A stretch of 64,000 nt of DNA, taken from positions 320,001 to 384,000 of the forward strand of contig CAWFJJ010000025.1 of assembly GCA_963816185.1 (NCBI GenBank), given 5' to 3'. The stretch's first letter is position 1. Each line of letters opens with the position of its first letter. The notes beneath the pieces are model-generated. The model did no database searches and had not been told where the DNA came from. It worked only from the letters and a program-made list of their open reading frames with translations. Source of the DNA: Thermoanaerobaculia bacterium (GTDB taxonomy: Bacteria > Acidobacteriota > Thermoanaerobaculia > UBA5066). The position numbers and the translations under genes are program-made. Below are positions 48,566 to 59,138 of this stretch, one piece after another.

Positions 48566-49083
48566 ACGGGACGCTCGTCGAGCTCGCGCGCGTCTTCGCG
48601 CTCCTCTCGCTGACGTCTTTCGGCGGCGGGAACGTCGTGATTCCGGAAATCCAACGCCAGGCCGTCACGATCCACGGCTGGCTCACGCAGGAGGCCTTCA
48701 CGGAAGCGTTCGCGCTCTCGCGCTCGGCGCCGGGGCCGTCGACGCTGTTCGTGCTGCTCGTGGGGTGGCGCGCGGCCGGCGGTCCCGGCGCCGCCGCGGC
48801 AGTCGTCGCGATGTTCCTGCCCGGCGCCGCGCTCATGCAGGGTGCGTGCGCGGCCCTTGCCCGCTGGGGCCGGCGCCCGCTCGTGGGCCGGGCCGTTGCC
48901 GCGTTTCGCCCCGTGACGATCGGGCTCGTCTTCGCGAGCGTCGCCGTCATGGCGCGGTCCACGCTCGTCGATCCCTTCACGCTCGTCGTCGCGGTGCTCG
49001 TCGCCGGTGCCGCGACCTTCACGCGTGCGCCGCTCATCGGTCTGCTCGCGGCGGCGGCCGCCGCCGGGTGGTTCGCCCCGTGA
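48562..49083 (+). CDS. Short-chain chromate transporter (CHR) subunit
   Basis: SFGGG, HGWLT, SRSAPGP. Confidence 0.8.
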   Translation: MNGTLVELARVFALLSLTSFGGGNVVIPEIQRQAVTIHGWLTQEAFTEAFALSRSAPGPSTLFVLLVGWRAAGGPGAAAAVVAMFLPGAALMQGACAALARWGRRPLVGRAVAAFRPVTIGLVFASVAVMARSTLVDPFTLVVAVLVAGAATFTRAPLIGLLAAAAAAGWFAP

Positions 49084-49188
49084 GCGCGGCGGTCGTTCCA
49101 CCCAATTGCGCGGACACCCTCAGGCCGTGTTCTTCCTCTTCTGGTTCGGCAGCGACCTGAAAGAGGACCGGACTGACCGCACGCGGGC

Positions 49189-49641
49189 CTAGCGGAGACC
49201 GAACTTCCTGCGCGCGGCGGAGAGTCGATTGTCGATGGCTTCCTGCCGCATGGCGCCCTGGAAACCTCCCGCGCCGAGCGCGGCGTGCGCTCCCTCGGTG
49301 AGCGTCTCGCGCATGAGGGTGAGCCCTTGCCGCGCTTCCTCCATGCCCGCGCGCTCGTCCTCCGTCGTGCCGCCTCTGCAGGCCGACTCGGCGCTCGCGA
49401 TGGCGGAGGAGACGCGGCCCTCGGCGTCGCTCCACTTCGAGGAGTCGACCGGCATCGACAGGAGGAGACGCGTTGCCTCGGCCAGCGAGCTGTTCGCGCT
49501 CTCGGCGGCCATCAGGCAGCCCGGGCCGGGAGACGTTTCGGCTCCGGCGGACGGGGTGGCCGGAGCGGCATCCTTGTGCGACTTTCGGTAGAACCACACG
49601 GCGAGAGCGATCACGGCGACGAGGATCAGGAACCTGCGCAT
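49189..49641 (-). CDS. Hypothetical membrane-anchored helical protein
   Basis: MRRFLILVAV N-terminal TM, GGAGG RBS. Confidence 0.6.
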   Translation of the reverse strand: MRRFLILVAVIALAVWFYRKSHKDAAPATPSAGAETSPGPGCLMAAESANSSLAEATRLLLSMPVDSSKWSDAEGRVSSAIASAESACRGGTTEDERAGMEEARQGLTLMRETLTEGAHAALGAGGFQGAMRQEAIDNRLSAARRKFGLR

Positions 49642-49722
49642 GCAGGCCTCCGGTGCGTTCTCAGCGTAGCACGCGTTCCGCGAGGAGACCGGCACTGCGA
49701 AGAACCGACGTAGACTCGCCGC

Positions 49723-51343
49723 ATGGATGGCGCGTTCGACGCCGACGTCGTAGTCGTCGGCTCCGGGTTCGGCGGGAGCGTGAGCGCGCTGCGTCTCTCG
49801 GAGAAGGGCTATCGCGTCCTCGTCCTCGAGAAGGGCACGCGCTTTGCCGCCTCCGACTTCCCGAAGTCGAACTGGAACGTGAAGCGCTGGCTCTGGCTGC
49901 CGTCCGTGGGCTGCCGCGGCCTCTTCAAGATGACGTTCCTCCCGCACGTCACGGCCCTCTCGGGAGTCGGCGTGGGCGGCGGATCGCTCGTCTACGCGAA
50001 CACGCTCCCCGTCCCGGCCGACGAGTTCTTCTCCGCGCCGTCCTGGGGAGATCTCGCCGACTGGAAGCGCGAGCTCGCTCCTCACTACGCCACCGCCAAG
50101 CGGATGCTGGGCGACTACGCGCGTGCCGTTCACGACGCTGCCCGACGAGGTTCTCCGCGAGGTGGCGAAGGACATCGGCCGCGAGGACGGCTGGTCGCCG
50201 ACGGACGTCGCCGTCTTCTTCGGGGAGCCGGGCGTGACGGTGCCCGATCCCTACTTCGGCGGCGAGGGGCCGGAGCGCGCCGGCTGCACGCGCTGCGGCG
50301 GCTGCATGGTCGGCTGCCGGCACGAGGCCAAGAACACGCTCGACAAGAACTACCTCTGGCTCGCCGAGAAGCGCGGCGCGAAAGTCGAGGCCGACACGGA
50401 GGTCACGTGGGTGCGGCCGCTCGAGGGCGGCGGCTACTCGATCACGGCGCGCACCGGCCGCTCGGCGTTTCCGTTCTTCAGGAGAACGCGGACGATCACC
50501 GCGAAGAGCGTCGTCTTTTCGGGAGGCGTCCTCGGCACGGTGGAGCTCCTTCTCAAGCTGAAGGAGAGCCCCGCCGGCCTTCCGAGGATCTCGGAGAAGC
50601 TCGGCGACTTCGTGCGCACGAACTCGGAAGTCCTCATGGGCGTCGTGACCGAGCGGCGCGACGTGGATCTCTCGGAGGGCATCGCGATCGGCTCGATCCT
50701 GCAGACGGACGCGCACTCGCACCTCGAGCCCGTGCGCTATCCCTCGGGCTCGGGCTTCTTCCGCCCGCTCGCGATGCCGCACGCGCCGGGCGACACCGTG
50801 GGCACGCGTCTCCTGAACGCCGGCGCGATGTTCGTGAAGAAGCCCTGGGCCACGCTCAAGGCGGCGTGCGTGCCGGACTGGGCGAAATACACGATGATCC
50901 TCCTCTACATGCGGACGTCCGAGGGGACGCTGCGCATGAAGCTCGGCCGCGGCATCCGGACTCTCTTCCGGCGCGGTCTCACGACCGGGACCGGCAGCGG
51001 GCCGCAGGCGAAAGCGTGGGTCCCGGAAGCCACCGAGCTCGCGCGCCGCGTGGAGAAGAAGCTCGACGGCTACACGGAGAGCCTCGCGACCGAGACGCTC
51101 CTCGGCATCCCGACGACCGCGCACATCCTCGGCGGCTGCTGCATGGGAGCGTCGGTGGAGAGCGGTGTCATCGACGAAAGCCACCGCGTCTTCGGGTACG
51201 AGGGCCTCTACGTCGTCGACGGCTCGGCCATCTCGGCGAACCCTGGGGTGAACCCCTCTCTCACGATCACGGCGCTCGCCGAGCGTGCGATGAGCCTCAT
51301 CCCGGCCGCGGACGCGCGGACCTCGACGACGCGTGCCGCCTGA
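49723..51343 (+). CDS. GMC oxidoreductase (cholesterol oxidase-like), frameshift near 50115
   Basis: GSGFGG, GVGGGSLVYA, CTRCGGC..GC...AKNTL, TAHILGG, GVNPSLTI. Confidence 0.85.
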
Positions 51344-51352
51344 GGCGGCTCG

Positions 51353-53149
51353 CTAACCTTCTTCCTTCCGCTCCTGCCGCTTCAGGCTCCACATGATGAG
51401 GATGAAGCAGACGATCGCGACGTCGAGAAGCTCGAAGCCCGTCCAGAGCTGCCCGAACACGATCTTGCCGATGCCGAAGAGCGCCGTGTAGACGAGGACG
51501 ATGCCGAGAATCCAGTTCACGAACGACATCGCGCCTCCCGGAATCGGCTCGCGCCCGAATCCGAGCCGCCGCGAGACCGTCTCCCACCCGGGCCCGCCCG
51601 GGCGAACGCGCCGGTAGAACGCGTCGAGCGTCGCGTCGGGCACGGGCCTCGTCAGGAACGTGACGAGGACCCACACGACCGTCGTGATCGCGACCGTGAG
51701 AAGCATGACGATCGCCTGGATGCGGAACTCCTCGGCACCGAATCCCGGGTCCGTCCTCGGGAGAGGGTTCTTGATCAGCACGAGGCTCGTCACGGAGACG
51801 ACCATGGACGCGAGCATCGCGGAGATCTCGCTCCACGCGTTGATGCGCCACCAGTACCACCGCAGGATCAGGACGAGGCCCGTGCCGCTTCCGAGCGCGA
51901 GGAGGAACCGCCACGCGCTCTCGATCGTGGAGAGATTCAGCGTCACGACGATGGAGGCGAGAAACAATCCGACCGTCGTCCAGCGCGAGACGGCCACGTA
52001 GTGCTTCTCGCTGGCGCCCTTTCTCAGAAATCTCTTGTAGACGTCCCCAACGAGATACGACGCCCCCCAGTTGAGGTGCGTCCCGACGGTCGACATGTAC
52101 GCCGCCGCGAAGCCTGCGAGCATGAAGCCCTTCCAGCCCGGGGGGAGAAGGTCGACCATGGCCTGCACGTACGCGGCTTCCTTGTCCGGACGGCCGTTCA
52201 CCATCACGCCGCCCGGATAGAGAATCACGGTCGCGAGACCCGTGATGATCCACGGCCACGGGCGGAGCGCGTAATGCCCGACGTTGAAGAACAGCGTCGC
52301 GAGGATGCCGTCGCGCTCGGTCCGTGCCGAGAAGATGCGCTGCGCGATGTAGCCGCCGCCGCCCGGCTCGGCGCCCGGGTACCACGCGGCCCACCACTGC
52401 ACGGCGAGGAACGTGAAGAGCGCGATCGCGGGCATCCAGACGGAGCCCGCGGGCGGGAGGAACGAGATCGCGAGGTCGATCGAGCCGAAGTGCTTCTCGA
52501 GCCCGGTCTTCAGCGCGTCGACGCCGCCGACTTTCCGGACGGCGAACCACGCGAGGAGGATGACGGCCGTCATCTTGATGACGAGCTGCACGAGGTCCGT
52601 CCAGAGGACCGCCCACATGCCCGCGGCCGCCGAATAGCCCACCGTGATGACGAAGCAGAGGCCGACGGCCCAGAGCGGCTGGATGCCGAGCGCGATCTGG
52701 AGGATCTTCACCATCGCGAGCGTCACCCAGCCGAGGATGATGAGGTTGATGGGGAGCGCGAGGTAGAGCGCGCGGAAGCCGCGCAGGAACGTGGCGGGCC
52801 TGCCGCTGTAGCGGATCTCGGCGAACTCCACGTCGGTCATCACCTTCGCGCGCCTCCAGAGCCTCGCGTAGAGGAAAACCGTCAGCGTGCCGCTCATGAC
52901 GAAGTTCCACCAGAGCCAGTTGCCGGCGACGCCGTGCGCGGCGACGAGGCCGGTCACGACGAGCGGCGTGTCCGCGGCGAACGTCGTCGCGATCATCGCG
53001 GCGCCCGCGAGCCACCACGGCACCGCACGGCCGGCGACGAAGTACTGCTCCAGCGACTCGCCGCCCCGCTTCGTGAACGCAATCCCGACGCCGATCGAGA
53101 GAATGAAGTACGCGGCGACGATGCCCCAGTCGAGCGGCGTCAGAGTCAT
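51353..53149 (-). CDS. Sodium:solute symporter family protein
   Basis: YFVAGR..PWW, ATTFAADTP, IAQRIFS, AAYMST. Confidence 0.9.
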   Translation of the reverse strand: MTLTPLDWGIVAAYFILSIGVGIAFTKRGGESLEQYFVAGRAVPWWLAGAAMIATTFAADTPLVVTGLVAAHGVAGNWLWWNFVMSGTLTVFLYARLWRRAKVMTDVEFAEIRYSGRPATFLRGFRALYLALPINLIILGWVTLAMVKILQIALGIQPLWAVGLCFVITVGYSAAAGMWAVLWTDLVQLVIKMTAVILLAWFAVRKVGGVDALKTGLEKHFGSIDLAISFLPPAGSVWMPAIALFTFLAVQWWAAWYPGAEPGGGGYIAQRIFSARTERDGILATLFFNVGHYALRPWPWIITGLATVILYPGGVMVNGRPDKEAAYVQAMVDLLPPGWKGFMLAGFAAAYMSTVGTHLNWGASYLVGDVYKRFLRKGASEKHYVAVSRWTTVGLFLASIVVTLNLSTIESAWRFLLALGSGTGLVLILRWYWWRINAWSEISAMLASMVVSVTSLVLIKNPLPRTDPGFGAEEFRIQAIVMLLTVAITTVVWVLVTFLTRPVPDATLDAFYRRVRPGGPGWETVSRRLGFGREPIPGGAMSFVNWILGIVLVYTALFGIGKIVFGQLWTGFELLDVAIVCFILIMWSLKRQERKEEG

Positions 53150-53198
53150 GCGCGGATGTTAAACGCGGCCCGAGGTCCGGCGAGCCGGCGCCGGATAC

Positions 53199-54626
53199 TC
53201 ACTTCTTCGGGACTGCCGTGGTGGCCGGCGCGGGACGCGTGGCCGGTTTCGGCGCCTCGGCCGCCACGTACCCGGGCGGGCGCCTCACGGCGGCGACTGC
53301 CGGGACGGCGATGCTCTTTCTCCCGTTCTTCCCGACGCTTCGCGCCGCGAAGTAATTGTTGTCGGTTGAGATCGAAGAGAGAACAGAAGAAAGAGATTCT
53401 TCGAATGAGGAAGAGGGCGACGGAGGCGTGGGGGCGGCAGGCGGCGCGCCCGAGGTTCCCGTCGCCACTGTCGCGGTGGCCGGGTTCGCCTCGACGGTCT
53501 TGACCACGCTCCAGCGAGCCTCCGTCGTCTCCCGCCACAGAATTTCATATCCCGCGCGCTCGGTATCCTTATCACCTTCTAAGAAAACCACCGCTGACGG
53601 CGTGACGGCGCCTCCCAATGTGACCTTGCGGGGGGGCGCAGGAGCATTTGCCATCTCTTCCAGCGTCTTCTCCGCGACTCTCGCCGTCTCGGCGACGAAG
53701 TCGAAATCCATGAACTTCACGAGGTCGCCGTACTCGACTCCGTTCTCGACGCGCGGGGTCTGGTGCTCGTGGCGGTAATCTTCGAGCGGCTCCGTGAAGC
53801 GCACGGCGGGGAGGCCCGCCTCGACGAACGGCCGGTGGTCTCCGCCTCGCCCGAAGCGGTCGAGCCGGAAGACGAGGCGCACGTTGTCCTTGCCCGCGAC
53901 CTCCTCGACGAGGCGCGCCATCTGCCGGCCCGGCGAGTCGACGCCGTCCGGGCCGCCTTCGGAGAAAACGCGCACGCGCCGGTCGGCGCTGCCGTTCGTG
54001 GCGCCCACGATGTCGCACGTGATCATGCCGCCGACCGTGTAACCCTGCTTCGTGAGCCATTCGAGGAGGCGCTTTCCGCCGAGGAGGCCCTGCTCCTCGC
54101 CCGCGACCGCCGCGAAGACGAGCGTCGCGCGCGTCCTCGTCGGCGCGAGCGCCTGCGCGGCGAGAATCGAGACGGCCGTGCCGGAGGCGTCGTCGTCGGC
54201 GCCGGGCGCGTCCGCCGCCGGATCCATGATGTCCGAGGGCATCGAGTCGTAATGGCCGGAGACGACGAACGCCGTCCTCTCCAGCGCCGGGTCCGTGCCG
54301 GGCAGGATCGCGTAGACGTTTTCCATCGGGACGGGCGCGTTCTTCGTGCGCGGCGCGCTCGTTTCGAATTTGTCGACGACGACCCGCATCCGCTTTCCAG
54401 ACTCGTTTTCGACCGCTTCGAGCTGGCGGACGACCACGTCGCGCCCGCAGCCGATTCCACGCTTCGTGTCGCTCCAGGAGGACAGGGAATGGCGAGTGCC
54501 GCACGCGACAAGCGCTTCGACGATTGCGCGCGCATCGTCGGGAGGCGCGGCCGAGGCGGGCGGCGCGGCGGAGACTCCCGCGAGCAGCGCCAAAACCCTC
54601 AGCCTTCCAAGGCATTTGTTTCGCAT
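53199..54626 (-). CDS. M28-family peptidase
   Basis: SGHYDS, GADDDASG, GEEQGLLG, GGDH.PF; start uncertain. Confidence 0.85.
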   Translation of the reverse strand: MRNKCLGRLRVLALLAGVSAAPPASAAPPDDARAIVEALVACGTRHSLSSWSDTKRGIGCGRDVVVRQLEAVENESGKRMRVVVDKFETSAPRTKNAPVPMENVYAILPGTDPALERTAFVVSGHYDSMPSDIMDPAADAPGADDDASGTAVSILAAQALAPTRTRATLVFAAVAGEEQGLLGGKRLLEWLTKQGYTVGGMITCDIVGATNGSADRRVRVFSEGGPDGVDSPGRQMARLVEEVAGKDNVRLVFRLDRFGRGGDHRPFVEAGLPAVRFTEPLEDYRHEHQTPRVENGVEYGDLVKFMDFDFVAETARVAEKTLEEMANAPAPPRKVTLGGAVTPSAVVFLEGDKDTERAGYEILWRETTEARWSVVKTVEANPATATVATGTSGAPPAAPTPPSPSSSFEESLSSVLSSISTDNNYFAARSVGKNGRKSIAVPAVAAVRRPPGYVAAEAPKPATRPAPATTAVPKK

Positions 54627-54638
54627 ACTTGGGACGCG

Positions 54639-57600
54639 ATGCTACGACACTCGTCCACTCTTCCGGCCGTCCTCGCCCTCCTTCTGCTCCCGGTCCGATC
54701 GGAGGCCGTCCAGCCGGTCGGCCAGAACGTGCGCGTGAACGACCCGGCGACGGACGTCCTCGGCCACACGCAGAGCGAGAGCTCGATCGCCGCCCGGGGC
54801 GCAAACATCATCGTGGGGTTTCAGGATGCGAACGAGGAGAACATCTCGGCCTACGGCATCTCGACCGACGGGGGGAGCACGTTTCGGCAGCAGAACCTTC
54901 CGTTTGCGGGGCAGAACCTCGGCGACCCGGTGGTCGCCTTCGGTCCGAACGGCGAGATTTACTACTCCACGGTCGCGCTCGGGGGCAGCGGCCTGAGCGT
55001 CGTCGCTCTGTGCGCCTCGACGGACAATGCCGCGACCTGGAGCTGCGGCGAAGCGAGCGGCGGAGTCGCGAACGTCTACGACACTCAGGACAAGAGCTGG
55101 ATGGCGGTCGACACGTCGACCTCGAAGTATCGGGGGACGGTCTACGTGGTCTGGAGGGACCTGTCGTCGTTCTACGGCGGGTCGTTCATCCTCTTCACGT
55201 ACACGAAGGACGGCGGCCAGACGTACTCCGTTCCCAAGCCGCTCTCGGCGATCGACGGCAGCGCCGTCGTGCAGGATGTGACCGTCTCCGTCGGCCCGAG
55301 CGGCGAAGTCTGGGTCGCGTATTTCGACCGCCACTTCGGCGGCCCCGGCATTACCGTGGCGAAATCGGTCGACGGCGGGACTTCCTTCTCGACGCCCGTG
55401 TCGGCGGCGCTCGTCTCGCCGCTTTCGGGGACGCTGACCGGCGGCAACGGCGTCGCGGTCGCGACCTTTCCGGCAACTGCGGTCGACAAGAACGACACGT
55501 TCCATCTCGTCTATGCGGCCGTCCCGCCGGGGCAGGCGCTCGACCGGTCGGACATCTTCTACGTTCGCTCGACGGACGGAGGCCTGACGTTCAGCACGCC
55601 GGTGCGCCTGAACGACGACGCGACCCATACGAGCCAGTGGCTTCCCGCGATCACCGCAGCCGCGGACGGGACGGTCGCCGTGAAGTGGTGGGACCGGCGC
55701 AACGACCCCGTGAACGACAGCCTCACGGACGTCTACATGACGACCTCGACGGACGGTGGCAAGACGTGGGGAACGAACATACGCGTGACGGACCACAACT
55801 GGGTGTTCGGCCCGAGCACGCTCGGCAGCTATCACGGCGGGCACGACGGCCTCGCGGCCGACTCCGGGAACCTCCACTTGTCGTGGAGCGACGAGCGCGG
55901 CAGCGACCCTGACGTCTATTACGCGACCTTCCCGACGAACGTCACGGCGGGCCCGGACTTCAATGTGTCGGCGGTCCAGACGTATGCGGTCGTTCGTGCC
56001 GGTGAATCGGCCTCGTACGACCTCGCCACGACAGCCGCAAACGGCTTCTCCGGAACGCTCGCCCTCTCCGCCTCACCGGCGGTCTCGGGCCTGACGTACT
56101 CGTTTTCGAGCCCGAGCGTGTCCGCCGGCCAGCCGTCGCGCCTCACGGTGTCGTCGACGGCCGCGGCGCCGCCGGGCACGTATCTGATTTCCGTGACGGC
56201 CGAGGGGCCGACGTCGACTCGCAAGACGAACGTGCGTTTCAACGTGGACGCGGCCGCGCGAATCGCGGCCCTCCCGATGAACGTGAGCCGCTCGGCCGGC
56301 TTCACGAGCGTGGCCGGGCCGCCCCGCGTCGACTCCAACGGCACGCTCCACGTCGTCTACGACGACGACACGCAGAACGTGACGGGCTCGGACGTCCTCT
56401 ATCGGCGGTCGACGGACCGGGGCCTCACCTGGTCGGCGCCGCTGAAAGTCTCCCCGAATGCGGCCATGGCGACGGGCGGCGTCCTCGCTCTCGACACGGC
56501 CGGGAACCCGTACGTCGCCTACACCCTTCTGAACGGATCGACCGGTGAGGTCTGGGTGACGCGCTCGAAGGACGGGGGGAGTTCCTTCCAGCCGCCCGTG
56601 CGGGTCAGCCCGGCCGGGTGGTACTCCGACCTCTCGGCGATCGCGGTCGACGCGACGGGTAACGTCGTAGTGGCATTCATCGACCAGGATCCGTCGAACA
56701 GTCTCCTCGTCCTCAACGCCGTGCGTTCCACCGACGGCGGCGCGACATTCGGAGCAGTTCAGTCCTTTGCCGGGGAGAACGACATCAACCCGCTCCAGCC
56801 GCTCTCGCTCGCCTTCGACTCGAAGGGCATCGCCTATCTGGCCTGGAGCGCCACGACGGCTCCGTTCGCGTGCCGCATGGCGATCGCGAAGGACGGCAAG
56901 ACGTTCTCCGTGAAGAAGACCGTCTCCGATCCGAGCCTGGATGCCTTCGAGCCCCGGATCGCCGTGGACAAGAGCGACGCGGTCTATGTCACGTTCTACG
57001 ACCGTTACCCGAACGCAGACCTGTCGTTCAACCGTGAGGTCATGGTGACCAAGTCCACGGACGGCGGAACGACCTTCTCGACTCCGCTCAACGTCTCGAA
57101 CGACGCAGGTCAGAGTACGGCCCCTTCCGTCTTGCCGGACGGGCGCGGCGGCGTCTCGGTCGTCTGGGAGGACACCACCGGGAACGACCAGAGCGACATC
57201 TTCTACGCGCACTCCACCGACGGCGGGAAGACCTTCGGCGCGGGTGTGAACCTCTCGGCGAATCCCGGCGTCTCGACCGGCGCCGTTGGCGCTGTCGATG
57301 CGCTCGGAAACGTCTTCGTGATGTGGACCGACGACTCGTCCGCGAACACGGAGGTCCTCTCGGCATGGGCGCCGACGGGCGACTCCGCCCCGACTTCGGC
57401 GATCGGTCCGCTGCCGGGCGGAGGAACCGTGGACGCGGGCACGGCGATCCCCTTCGCCGCAAACGTCACCGAGCTGGATCCGAATGATCCGGTGACCGTG
57501 ACCTGGGACTTCGGCGACGGCACGACGGGAGCCGGCACGCCCGCCAGTCACGCGTACGCCCGGCCGGGCACGTACGTCGTGACGCTGCGGGTGCGCGACA

Positions 57601-59072
57601 GCCTCGGCTTCCTTTCGACGACGACCGTGACCGTCACGGTGACGGCGCCTTCCTTCTCGGGGGGGACGCTCTTGCTCCTGCCGGTCGTCCTCGACACGCC
57701 CGGCGCCGGGGGCGCCCACTACACGACGGAGCTGACGCTCGGCTCGAAGGCCGCGACTCCCGTCAACGTCGTCCTCCAATACACGGCGTCGGTCGGCTCG
57801 GGCAGCGGCTACGCGGCCGCGGCGCTCGCGGCGGGACAGCAGATCATCATTCCGGACGCCATCGCCTTCCTGCGCGCGCGGGGCCTCCCGATCCCGAACG
57901 ACGGAAGCGCGCAGATCGGGACCCTGAGCGCGTTCTTCGGAGGCGTCTCCACGCCCTCCGCCGTCTTCATCGGCGGGCGCACCTCCACACCTGGGGCGGG
58001 CGGCACGTTCGGGCTCTTCTACACGGGCACGGCCACCTCGACCACGACAGCTACGGTCTTCGGCCTGCAGCAGAACGCCGCACAGCGCAGCAACCTCGCC
58101 TTCGTCAACGCGGGGCCGGATCCGATCACGCTTCGCGTCGCGCTCGAAGGCCCGAACGGCGAGGCCCTGTCGGGCCCGGCCGACCAGACGCTTGCCGGGT
58201 GGGGCTGGGCGCAGCTCAACCAGCCGCTTCTCGGCCAGGCGAATTCGGGCCGGGCGATCGCCACGAAGATCTCGGGAAGCTCGCCGTTCGCGGTCTATGG
58301 GGTCCTCAACGACGCCGTCACGTCGGACGGATCGTTCGTTCCGGCAATCGTGCCCGGCGACGCGACCGGAGCCGATCGGCTCATCCCGATCATCCTCTCG
58401 GCCGCGGGCTACCAGAGCGAGCTGACGCTGACGAACTTCACGTCGCAACCCATGGCGATCACCCTCGCCTACACCGGCTCGCCGCAGCTCTCTGCGTCCG
58501 GTTCCGGCGCCGTACCCCTCACGCTCCAGCCTGGCGAACAAAAGATCCTGCCTGACTCGATGACCTTTCTAAGAAATCTTGGTCTTCCGATTCCCTCTTC
58601 CGGCAACGTCGGCGGCGCGTTGCTCGTCCATGCGCCCGCGGGCACGCCCGCCTCGTCGCTTGCGGCCGGCGCCCGCACCTTCACGAACGCCGCCGGCGGC
58701 GGCACTTTCGGCCTCTTCTATCCCGGCCTGACGCTGGGCGAGAGCGCGACGGCGCTCGCGTACGTCAACGGACTGCAGCAGAACGGCGTCCAGCGCTCGA
58801 ACCTCGCGGTCGTCAACCGCGGCGACGCGGGCGATGCAATCACGCTGAAGGTCACGTATTACGGTCCGGACGGCAGCGTGCTCCCGAATCCGGATACGGC
58901 GGCGCTCGCGCCGGGGGAGTGGAGACAGTTCAACGGGCCTCTCGCCTCGCGCGGCGCGACGGCCGGCTTCGCGAAAGTCGAGCGGCTCTCCGGCTCGTCC
59001 CTCTGGGTCGCGTACGGAGTCCTCAACGACCAGCACAACTCCGACGGCAGCTACATCCCGATGAGCCGGTGA
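54639..59072 (+). CDS. Large exported BNR/Asp-box (sialidase-like) protein with PKD domain and duplicated C-terminal domain
   Basis: Many S.DGG.T(F/W) boxes, WDFGDG PKD, two C-terminal repeats ending in SDGS(F/Y).P. Confidence 0.8.
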   Translation: MLRHSSTLPAVLALLLLPVRSEAVQPVGQNVRVNDPATDVLGHTQSESSIAARGANIIVGFQDANEENISAYGISTDGGSTFRQQNLPFAGQNLGDPVVAFGPNGEIYYSTVALGGSGLSVVALCASTDNAATWSCGEASGGVANVYDTQDKSWMAVDTSTSKYRGTVYVVWRDLSSFYGGSFILFTYTKDGGQTYSVPKPLSAIDGSAVVQDVTVSVGPSGEVWVAYFDRHFGGPGITVAKSVDGGTSFSTPVSAALVSPLSGTLTGGNGVAVATFPATAVDKNDTFHLVYAAVPPGQALDRSDIFYVRSTDGGLTFSTPVRLNDDATHTSQWLPAITAAADGTVAVKWWDRRNDPVNDSLTDVYMTTSTDGGKTWGTNIRVTDHNWVFGPSTLGSYHGGHDGLAADSGNLHLSWSDERGSDPDVYYATFPTNVTAGPDFNVSAVQTYAVVRAGESASYDLATTAANGFSGTLALSASPAVSGLTYSFSSPSVSAGQPSRLTVSSTAAAPPGTYLISVTAEGPTSTRKTNVRFNVDAAARIAALPMNVSRSAGFTSVAGPPRVDSNGTLHVVYDDDTQNVTGSDVLYRRSTDRGLTWSAPLKVSPNAAMATGGVLALDTAGNPYVAYTLLNGSTGEVWVTRSKDGGSSFQPPVRVSPAGWYSDLSAIAVDATGNVVVAFIDQDPSNSLLVLNAVRSTDGGATFGAVQSFAGENDINPLQPLSLAFDSKGIAYLAWSATTAPFACRMAIAKDGKTFSVKKTVSDPSLDAFEPRIAVDKSDAVYVTFYDRYPNADLSFNREVMVTKSTDGGTTFSTPLNVSNDAGQSTAPSVLPDGRGGVSVVWEDTTGNDQSDIFYAHSTDGGKTFGAGVNLSANPGVSTGAVGAVDALGNVFVMWTDDSSANTEVLSAWAPTGDSAPTSAIGPLPGGGTVDAGTAIPFAANVTELDPNDPVTVTWDFGDGTTGAGTPASHAYARPGTYVVTLRVRDSLGFLSTTTVTVTVTAPSFSGGTLLLLPVVLDTPGAGGAHYTTELTLGSKAATPVNVVLQYTASVGSGSGYAAAALAAGQQIIIPDAIAFLRARGLPIPNDGSAQIGTLSAFFGGVSTPSAVFIGGRTSTPGAGGTFGLFYTGTATSTTTATVFGLQQNAAQRSNLAFVNAGPDPITLRVALEGPNGEALSGPADQTLAGWGWAQLNQPLLGQANSGRAIATKISGSSPFAVYGVLNDAVTSDGSFVPAIVPGDATGADRLIPIILSAAGYQSELTLTNFTSQPMAITLAYTGSPQLSASGSGAVPLTLQPGEQKILPDSMTFLRNLGLPIPSSGNVGGALLVHAPAGTPASSLAAGARTFTNAAGGGTFGLFYPGLTLGESATALAYVNGLQQNGVQRSNLAVVNRGDAGDAITLKVTYYGPDGSVLPNPDTAALAPGEWRQFNGPLASRGATAGFAKVERLSGSSLWVAYGVLNDQHNSDGSYIPMSR

Positions 59073-59138
59073 CGGTTCCGAGGGACCCGCTCACGTTCGC
59101 AGGCGCGTGGCGGATTCCCTTTCGTATGATGGGCGTCC

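Noticed and set aside
2750-50115. Multiple pseudogenes or programmed frameshifts (near 2750, 12420, 13070, 13880, 16690-16870, 17880, 29230-29330, 37395, 50115)
   Set aside because: They are scattered over unrelated genes with otherwise intact motifs and no in-frame stops, so long-read indel errors are the simplest explanation. Read mapping is needed to confirm.
54624-54641. Divergent genes only 12 bp apart
   Set aside because: Both start codons are uncertain, so the spacing may be an annotation artefact.
13662-58541. Many long Arg/Pro/Gly-rich alternative-frame or antisense ORFs (e.g. 13662..16205, 14288..16486, 25021..27369, 56073..58541)
   Set aside because: Shadow ORFs expected at high GC; they overlap well-supported genes and have no motifs.
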